From assembly GCA_903844835.1 (NCBI GenBank), contig CAIMUU010000049.1:1-19342 (forward strand): 19,342 nt of DNA, written 5' to 3'. A model generated the notes under the pieces. The model saw nothing but the letters and a program-made list of their open reading frames with translations, was not told the origin of the DNA and did not search any database. The number at the start of each line of letters is the position of its first letter. Within the stretch, counting starts at the first letter, position 1. This document shows, one piece after another, positions 13,245 to 19,342 of the stretch. The position numbers and the translations under genes are program-made. This DNA comes from an uncultured bacterium. Its GTDB lineage: Bacteria; Patescibacteriota; Saccharimonadia; Saccharimonadales; Saccharimonadaceae.

Positions 13245-15749
13245 ATGCCAAAGTTACAAATAAGCCCCATCTTGCGACAAAATTTATTTACATCAAGCCT
13301 ATTATTGTTCGCTGTAATTTTGTCATTTGTTTTTGCCACACTCTTCCGCCAGCCGGTTTATGCTGATGGAGCTATTGGTGATGGCGGCCAACCCGGTAAT
13401 AGTTGTTCAGGAAATTATGCCTGTACCTCCAACGGCTGGGGATGGTATAGCTATCCGACAACTGGCACAATTAGGCCAAAATATTTTTCTAACGGCACCT
13501 CATGGAGTTCAGTGAGCGCTACATGCTCTAGTAAAGGGGCAGATCGAGTGGTGGCATTAATTATTCTTGAGGGTCCCGGCAAGACAGAACCGGACATTAA
13601 TAAAAAGGCCAACTGGGGCGTAGTTTATGATTATGTAGGCTGGTCTGATTATGTAACCCTTTATAATGGCAATTTAGGAACATATTGGCTCAAGACATCA
13701 GACGCCAAATCTAAATATGATTTTATGGAAGTAGCAAAACTTGGTTATACCTGGGGCGTTAATGTCGGTTGGTTTTGCTATTCTACAAGCCCCGCCTGGA
13801 CACTTAGTGCGACTACTACTAACAATAAGCCGTCGGGGACAGCTATGGAGGGCGAGACCATCCTTTGGACCAATAAGATAGTTAACAATGGCATTGGCAT
13901 AACGACCCACAACGTAAATAGCCAAATTGCTTTAACTAATTTTACTTCCGGGTTTTGGGGGGCGTCATCATTAGTCGCTGACGGCAACACGTCAGCCGGA
14001 GTGGCGGCAAGTGGTGTGAGTGGTTATTTGAGGGTCATAAGGTACACGAACGACAATTTTAATTCACCGCCAGATTACTCTACTTATGTTGCTCAGAAAG
14101 TCGATGTTGGCAAAACATTGTGTCAAAAAGTTCGATTTAATCACAAAGCGGGCGCTGCCGATCTTACTTACAGTTATGGAAATGATTCTTGTGTAACTAT
14201 TGTTAGCCCTTGGTCAATTACAGTTACCAGTTCCGCCAATGTTGTAACCGCCAAACCTGGGTCAGTCATCACTTGGACGCACACAGCAACTAATGCTGGT
14301 GCTAATTCGACAAATAAAGATGTTATTGTTACTCCTAGTGCTGGCAGTGGGAGTGGTACTTTGCTGTCTGGCTCTGTGCCTGGTGCTAAAAAGGCTATCA
14401 ATTCTACGTATACGGTGCTAACTAGTGATTCAGGTAGTACCTTGTGCCGTGCAACAGTCGCAACACCTCAAGCATGGGATAAAATAACTTCTATCACATC
14501 GACGCCAGCTTGCGTCACTATCCCACTCGACTATAACTTGGTCCCAGGCGTATCGCTCAACCCATCTGGGGTAATTGAGGCTGGGTCATCTTTTGAAGTT
14601 GCTACATCAATTAACAATTCTGGGACTACAGACAATAACCCAACAGCCACTTGGACTTTAGTTAGAACTCTATCTCAACCTGGTTTTGCCGATGTTGTTA
14701 CTAGCCAAACTGGCAATGGTCTATTGGTCCCTGCAAAAAGTTCCGTTGCTCCAATCGCCACCTTCGTTGATAATAGTACTGAAAAATTGGTTGGCACCCG
14801 CATTTGCTATGTCTTGACGGTCCAGCCATATTCAAGTATTGTGGCCGGTTCAACTAGTTCGGCGCCAGTTTGCGTAACTCTTGGCAAGAGGCCGAAGGCG
14901 CAAATATGGGGCGGTGATCTTTGGGCTGGTGGTAAAGTTCAGACCAGCCTGTCATCGAAGGGCGGCATTATGTTCGGCAGTTGGGACGAATATGGTATCT
15001 TCTCGGCAGGCGTAATTGATGGCATGGCATCTGGCTCTGCATTCTCGGGTTCTGGTCTTGCAGGTGTTACCTCGTCTTGTGACTATAGCTATCTAAGTTT
15101 TTCAAATGCACCAACTGGGCTAAGTAGTTGTAGTGGTTTGGCGGGGACAATCGGTAGCTATGCAGGGATACGAACTTCCCTAGATGTGGCATCTAGTTTT
15201 CCGGGCGGCACAGCTATTGCTGCTGGTGCGACAATTGATCCTAGCAGTTTAGCTGGTGGCACATATGTTGTTGCTGGCGATTTGACACTTAATGCCAGCA
15301 CTTTGCCCGCCAGCAAGTCAATTATAATAAAAGCTTCGGGTACAGTGACTATTAATGGCAACCAAGCATACTTTGGCGGTCCATTTGGCAGTGCTAGCCA
15401 GTTGCCACAGTTAATTATTACTGCAGATATTATTAACATTGCCGAAAGTGTAACAAATATTGATGCTTGGTTGGTTGCAAAAACCAGCATAAATACTTGC
15501 GCTTCAGTTGCAGTAGGCGCATCACTAACTTCCAGTATGTGTGATCAAAAGCTAGTCGTTAATGGCCCAGTTATGACAGACAAATTGTATTTGCGCCGAA
15601 CGGCCGGCTCTAACTCTGGCATTCAAAGTGGTGACCCGGCTGAAATATTCAATCTTCGACCAGATGCTTATCTTTGGGCAACTATGCGGGCCCAGTCTAC
15701 TGGGCGAGTCCAGACGGTCTATGTTACAGAATTACCACCAAGGTTTTGA
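13245..15749 (+). CDS. Large secreted/surface protein with three tandem CARDB/DUF11-like beta-sandwich modules and a Gly/Ser/Ala-rich C-terminal domain (putative adhesin)
   Basis: I prefer the ATG at 13245 (834 aa), which starts 1 nt after the upstream stop. The signal peptide is MPKLQISPILRQNLFTSSLLLFAVILSFVFATLFRQPVYA|DG. Three modules share a G-x-[IF]-x-[WV]-x(4,6)-N-x-G strand (GETILWTNKIVNNG, GSVITWTHTATNAG, GSSFEVATSINNSG) and a paired-Cys ending (TLC..18..CVTI; TLC..21..CVTI; RIC..21..CVTL). The sequence is rich in T, S, G and N. Confidence 0.7.
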   Translation: MPKLQISPILRQNLFTSSLLLFAVILSFVFATLFRQPVYADGAIGDGGQPGNSCSGNYACTSNGWGWYSYPTTGTIRPKYFSNGTSWSSVSATCSSKGADRVVALIILEGPGKTEPDINKKANWGVVYDYVGWSDYVTLYNGNLGTYWLKTSDAKSKYDFMEVAKLGYTWGVNVGWFCYSTSPAWTLSATTTNNKPSGTAMEGETILWTNKIVNNGIGITTHNVNSQIALTNFTSGFWGASSLVADGNTSAGVAASGVSGYLRVIRYTNDNFNSPPDYSTYVAQKVDVGKTLCQKVRFNHKAGAADLTYSYGNDSCVTIVSPWSITVTSSANVVTAKPGSVITWTHTATNAGANSTNKDVIVTPSAGSGSGTLLSGSVPGAKKAINSTYTVLTSDSGSTLCRATVATPQAWDKITSITSTPACVTIPLDYNLVPGVSLNPSGVIEAGSSFEVATSINNSGTTDNNPTATWTLVRTLSQPGFADVVTSQTGNGLLVPAKSSVAPIATFVDNSTEKLVGTRICYVLTVQPYSSIVAGSTSSAPVCVTLGKRPKAQIWGGDLWAGGKVQTSLSSKGGIMFGSWDEYGIFSAGVIDGMASGSAFSGSGLAGVTSSCDYSYLSFSNAPTGLSSCSGLAGTIGSYAGIRTSLDVASSFPGGTAIAAGATIDPSSLAGGTYVVAGDLTLNASTLPASKSIIIKASGTVTINGNQAYFGGPFGSASQLPQLIITADIINIAESVTNIDAWLVAKTSINTCASVAVGASLTSSMCDQKLVVNGPVMTDKLYLRRTAGSNSGIQSGDPAEIFNLRPDAYLWATMRAQSTGRVQTVYVTELPPRF

Positions 15750-15763
15750 TAATAGATTACGGC

Positions 15764-15793
15764 TTGCTTTTAATGCTCATGCTTCTGTATAAT
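15764..15793 (+). promoter_or_regulatory. Candidate promoter directly upstream of pilM (TTGCTT, 18-nt spacer, TATAAT)
   Basis: ttgctt at 15764-69 and tataat at 15788-93. The pilM ATG at 15804 is only 10 nt past the -10 element and has no SD. Confidence 0.3.
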
Positions 15794-15803
15794 AAAAGAC
15801 GTT

Positions 15804-16853
15804 ATGGCATTACTAAAAGGATTGGGTGACTTTTTTGCATTAGACATCGGTACGACCGCTGTTAGGGTGGTGCAACTTTCCCAATCTGGTTCAAATAGCT
15901 GGAATTTACAGCACTATGGCTATGCGCCGGTCGACGAGCGTATTACCAGCAGTAACACTGCAGAGGGCTTGCGTCGTCTCGGTGAGGTAATTATGACTGC
16001 GGTTGGCCAAAGTGGGATTAAAGCAAAGAATGTTGCTATTGGTTTGCCATCGAGCAAAACCTTTACAACGATTATTGATGTCCCGATGGTTAGCGAGGCT
16101 GAGTTAAAGAGCACAATTAAGTATCAAATTGACCAGTATATTCCGATGGCAATTAATGAAACAAAAGTTGACTGGGCACTTCTTGGCCAGTCGCTCCACG
16201 ACCCAAAACAGCAAGAGGTGCTTCTGGCCAGTACGGCCAACGCTTATGCCGAAGAGCGTCTTGAATTTATTGAAAGTCTTGGCTTTAACGTTATTGCCGC
16301 CGAGCCTGACCCAATTGCTATTGTTCGATCTTTGTTGCCAGTTGATGTGCGTGATGCTAGGTTGATAATTGATGTCGGCGAGCGGGCGACTGATTTGGCG
16401 ATTACTTTTGGTGATACGCCACGTCTTGTGCGAAATATCCCAATCGGTCTAGGCTCATTGATTAAAGTTGCAGTTCAGAATCTTAATGTCCAGGAAGACC
16501 AGGCAAGACAATTCATCTTGAAGTTTGGTTTGGCCCCAGATAGACTTGAGGGTCAGGTCTATCGTTCTATCGAAAGTACGCTAGAGAATTTTGCATCAGA
16601 ACTTATCAAATCGATAAAATTTTTCCAAACTCGTTATCCGAACACTCCAGTTGGCGGCATTCTACTGTCTGGTTTTTCGGCTGTGGTTCCAAAGTTTGGT
16701 GAATATATTACCGCAAAAACTGGGGTTCCTTCTTCGATTGCAAATCCTTGGCAGAGAGTTCACGTTGCTCAAGCCGACCAACAGCAATTGAGCTCAATTG
16801 CTGCTGAGTTTGCTACCGCAATTGGGCTCGCCGAAAGGAAAAACCTAAAATGA
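15804..16853 (+). CDS. pilM: Type IV pilus assembly protein PilM (actin-like ATPase fold)
   Basis: 349 aa. Motifs: FALDIGTTAVRVVQL, PSSKTFTTIIDVPMVSEAELKSTIKYQIDQYIPM, VIAAEPDPIAIVRSL, IIDVGERATDLAI. The stop overlaps the next start (ATGA). Confidence 0.87.
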   Translation: MALLKGLGDFFALDIGTTAVRVVQLSQSGSNSWNLQHYGYAPVDERITSSNTAEGLRRLGEVIMTAVGQSGIKAKNVAIGLPSSKTFTTIIDVPMVSEAELKSTIKYQIDQYIPMAINETKVDWALLGQSLHDPKQQEVLLASTANAYAEERLEFIESLGFNVIAAEPDPIAIVRSLLPVDVRDARLIIDVGERATDLAITFGDTPRLVRNIPIGLGSLIKVAVQNLNVQEDQARQFILKFGLAPDRLEGQVYRSIESTLENFASELIKSIKFFQTRYPNTPVGGILLSGFSAVVPKFGEYITAKTGVPSSIANPWQRVHVAQADQQQLSSIAAEFATAIGLAERKNLK

Positions 16854-17578
16854 TAGAAATCAATCTTGTACCAGACATAAAACAAGAATTATTACGAGCT
16901 CAGATTATTAGGGCTAGGGTTATCTTTGGATCTGTCGCAATTGGTATCGTCTCAGTGGCCGTTGTTATCCTATTGGTAATTTACGTCTTTACTTTTCAGA
17001 CGGTTCGTAGCGGCCTAGCGGACGCCTCAATCGAACAGGGTAGTGACAAGCTTGCCGCCGTTACTGATTTAACAAAAACTTTGACGATTCAAAATCAACT
17101 GACTAAAATATCTGTTTTAAATAGTGATAAAAAAATTGATTCACGTATTTTTGATGTTCTAAATGCAATTATTCCGCCAAGTCCAAATAACATCCAAATA
17201 TCTAATCTGGCTATTAATTCTAGTTTAGAATTGATAACAATTGATGGCCAGGCCGCTAATAGCTATGCCGCAGTTGAGATTTTCAAAAAGACTATCGAAG
17301 GTGCGGTGCTAAGGTATACCGACTTAAATGATGCACCTCAGGAAGTGCCTCTAGCATCTGACATTAGTACTAGTAACACTAGTTATGGCGAAGACACTAC
17401 GGGCGCAAAAGTGTTGCGATTTACTCTGAGTTTTGTTTACGCGCCAGAATTATTCTCTCCAGCATCAAAGGGGGTGTCGGTAGCGATAACCATTGATGGC
17501 AATGTAACTGACTCATATTTGGGAGTTCCGAAAAGCATTTTTGCTGATCGTGCAACAGACATAACGGGGGTTAACTGA
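16850..17578 (+). CDS. pilN: PilN-like type IV pilus assembly protein (bitopic membrane protein)
   Basis: 242 aa. The N-terminus MIEINLVPDIKQELLRAQIIRARV followed by a single TM helix (IFGSVAIGIVSVAVVILLVIYVF) is the PilN pattern. The position directly after pilM also fits. Confidence 0.65.
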   Translation: MIEINLVPDIKQELLRAQIIRARVIFGSVAIGIVSVAVVILLVIYVFTFQTVRSGLADASIEQGSDKLAAVTDLTKTLTIQNQLTKISVLNSDKKIDSRIFDVLNAIIPPSPNNIQISNLAINSSLELITIDGQAANSYAAVEIFKKTIEGAVLRYTDLNDAPQEVPLASDISTSNTSYGEDTTGAKVLRFTLSFVYAPELFSPASKGVSVAITIDGNVTDSYLGVPKSIFADRATDITGVN

Positions 17579-17579
17579 T

Positions 17580-18266
17580 ATGCAACCAAAAAATGTAGCG
17601 ATTCGTAAGCGAACGCAGATAATGAAAGCAAACCGAACGATGTTTATTTGGGTTGCCGGCGTGTCGGTTGTGTTCGGTGTTGCATTAGTCGGCATAATAT
17701 TTTTGACCCAGATGCTGCTCTTTAACGAAAGGGTTTTACAGCAAAAAAATCTAACAATTTCTACTCTAGCTACAAATAACAGCAACATATCGGCTCTAGA
17801 GTCGCAGGTTAGAGTACTTGATACTAACGAGGCTTTGATTAGCTCAAAGGCAAAGCCCGATGACCAGGCTATCCAGGTAATTCTTGATGCCCTGCCATCT
17901 GATGCGAATTCGCTAGCATTAGGTGCTTCTTTGCAGACAAAGCTTTTGAGTGGAATCCCTAATTTGTCATTGAATTCAATACAGGTTGATCCAGTTGTTG
18001 GTGTTGAGTCACTAAGCTCTAGTTCGGTTGTTAGCGCTTTACCGGTTTCGACATCAGAGAACAATATTACTTTCCGTTTTTCAGTTACTGGTAGCGACGC
18101 CAGTCTTAGGCAAGTATTGCAGAACCTCGAAAGTTCAATACGTACAATTGATATAATATCTCTCAAGATTGAGAGCCAGGGATCGGTTCGGGTATTGAGC
18201 GTAGAAGCTCAGGCATTTTATGAACCAGCTAGGGTAGTACAGCTAAAAGATATGGTGGTTAAATAA
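17580..18266 (+). CDS. pilO: PilO-like type IV pilus assembly protein (bitopic membrane protein)
   Basis: 228 aa with one TM helix (MFIWVAGVSVVFGVALVGIIFL), a coiled-coil-like segment and a C-terminal alpha/beta region (ITFRFSVTGSDASLRQVLQNLESSIRTIDIISLKIES). The call rests on gene order and architecture, not a strong motif. Confidence 0.55.
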   Translation: MQPKNVAIRKRTQIMKANRTMFIWVAGVSVVFGVALVGIIFLTQMLLFNERVLQQKNLTISTLATNNSNISALESQVRVLDTNEALISSKAKPDDQAIQVILDALPSDANSLALGASLQTKLLSGIPNLSLNSIQVDPVVGVESLSSSSVVSALPVSTSENNITFRFSVTGSDASLRQVLQNLESSIRTIDIISLKIESQGSVRVLSVEAQAFYEPARVVQLKDMVVK

Positions 18267-18487
18267 TGAAAAAAACTGATATTGCGATGATTTTGCTTAT
18301 TGCTTCGGCGAGTGTGGTTATCTCCTTCTTTGTAGCTCAGAGTATTTTTGGAGATGTTTATCAGGGCACAGCTAAAGTAAAGACGATTGATAAAATAGAC
18401 TCTACGATTGTTGAACCCAGCTCTGATATTTTTAATATAAATGCCATAAACCCAGCTGTCCAAGTTGAGATTACTGGGACAAAATAA
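18266..18487 (+). CDS. Small single-pass membrane protein, fourth gene of the pilMNO block (function unknown)
   Basis: 73 aa. MKKTDIAMILLIASASVVISFFVAQSIF is an N-terminal TM helix. The start overlaps the pilO-like stop (TAATG). Confidence 0.5.
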   Translation: MKKTDIAMILLIASASVVISFFVAQSIFGDVYQGTAKVKTIDKIDSTIVEPSSDIFNINAINPAVQVEITGTK

Positions 18488-18502
18488 AAGGTGGTGTAGC
18501 CA

Positions 18503-19342
18503 ATGGCACTTCTGACTGCTGACATTCAGGGAAAGCTAGTGAACCTTCTTGTGAGTGAGGGGCTTGTTAGTAGCGACGTGATAAATGAGGCTAAAATAAC
18601 TTCATCAAAAACGAGTCAGCCTTTATTTGAATTATTAACAGAAAAAAACATTGTTGATGATGAACTATTGACGCATGCTACCGCCCAGGTTTCGGGTGTG
18701 CCATATGTTAACTTGTTAAATAGCGTTATTGATCAGAGTATTTTGGGCTTATTGCCCGAAGACATCGCCGCTCGGTTTATGGCCGTGCCTCTTGCCGAGG
18801 TGCAAAACCGACTTGCTGTTGCTATGATTGACGCTAATAATGTCCAGGCGGTTGACTATCTTGCAAGTCGTATCGAGCGACCACTCAAGGTCTTTATGGC
18901 CTCTGAGGCGGGCGTGCGTCACGTATTAGACCAATACAAGACAGACTTTTCGAGTGTTAATGTGGCGGCCGAGGTAAGTCAGGCAGAAGCCAGCCAAGAG
19001 TCGAATCGTGATGTAAAGACAATTGTGCAGGATTCGCCAATTAGCAAGGCGCTTAGTACCATTCTTGAATACGCCTTAAAATCGCGCGCTAGCGATGTTC
19101 ATATCGAGCCACTTGAAAATTCTCTAAAGATTCGCTGTCGAGTTGACGGTATGTTGCATGAGATAATGCAGCTACCAAAGAGTATTGAACCAGCACTTGT
19201 CAGCCGAATAAAGATTCTATCCAATCTAAAAATTGATGAGCATCGAATGCCACAAGACGGCCAATTTACCGTAAAAATAGCCAACAAGGAAGTTGATTTG
19301 CGTATTGCCATCAGTCCGGTTATTTGGGGCGAGCAGGTAGTG
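18503..19342 (+). CDS. pilB: Type IV pilus assembly ATPase PilB (GspE family), N-terminal 280 codons; the gene continues past the right edge
   Basis: My own translation from the ATG at 18503 (SD aaaggtgg at 18487-94) is open to the window end. A T2SSE_N-like region (LLTHATAQVSGVPYVNLLNSVIDQSILGLLPEDIAARFMAVPLA) is followed by ASDVHIEPLENSLKIRCRVDGMLHEI and SRIKILSNLKIDEHRMPQDGQF...DLRIAISPVIWGEQVV. It is absent from the ORF track because no stop occurs in the window. Confidence 0.9.
   Translation, partial: MALLTADIQGKLVNLLVSEGLVSSDVINEAKITSSKTSQPLFELLTEKNIVDDELLTHATAQVSGVPYVNLLNSVIDQSILGLLPEDIAARFMAVPLAEVQNRLAVAMIDANNVQAVDYLASRIERPLKVFMASEAGVRHVLDQYKTDFSSVNVAAEVSQAEASQESNRDVKTIVQDSPISKALSTILEYALKSRASDVHIEPLENSLKIRCRVDGMLHEIMQLPKSIEPALVSRIKILSNLKIDEHRMPQDGQFTVKIANKEVDLRIAISPVIWGEQVV

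Noticed and set aside
17513-18166. 217-aa ORF on the minus strand across the pilN end and the pilO-like gene
   Set aside because: It is antisense to a translationally coupled operon, has no recognisable domain, and would break the pilM-N-O-pilB coupling. I treat it as a shadow ORF.
1-19342. Alternative genetic code (UGA recoding as in some CPR lineages), CRISPR arrays, tRNA/rRNA genes, transposases and integrases
   Set aside because: TGA ends well-supported genes (the pilin, pilM and the pilN-like gene) at positions consistent with their families. I saw no in-frame TGA inside conserved domains. No spaced direct-repeat arrays, cloverleaf-capable segments or recombinase-like ORFs were seen in any frame.

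Overview
This 19.3-kb window comes from a compact, moderately AT-rich bacterial genome that uses the standard code (TGA, TAA and TAG all end well-supported genes). I found no rRNA, tRNA, CRISPR array, transposase or integrase. Genes are tightly packed, and several are translationally coupled.

Gene order, left to right:
- NUDIX hydrolase (partial, minus strand)
- pnp, a family-4-like uracil-DNA glycosylase, RNase J, ftsK
- an isolated type IV pilin gene whose C-terminus is a FISUMP domain
- rpsF-ssb-rpsR-efp-tlyA
- ychF (minus strand, convergent with tlyA)
- a type IV pilus (T4P) locus: membrane-anchored hypothetical protein, an 834-aa secreted repeat protein, pilM, pilN-like, pilO-like, a 73-aa membrane protein, and pilB (partial)

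The T4P machinery has no secretin in this window. Together with the exotic pilin head domain and the gene packing, that fits a Patescibacteria/CPR (Saccharibacteria-like) or other monoderm-style organism. This placement is inference only.

Most interesting observations:
1. The pilin-FISUMP fusion.
2. A diverged, start-less ghost copy of the ftsK 3' end just downstream of the pilin gene. It marks the pilin gene as an insertion between ftsK and rpsF.
3. A roughly 100-nt nested-palindrome element inserted in frame inside tlyA.
4. A two-gene surface module coupled to the front of pilMNO-pilB, which is a candidate pilus-associated adhesin system.

Smaller points: structured pnp and rpsF leaders, an Arg-type EF-P loop, a cysteine-free family-4-like UDG, and long disordered tails on RNase J.
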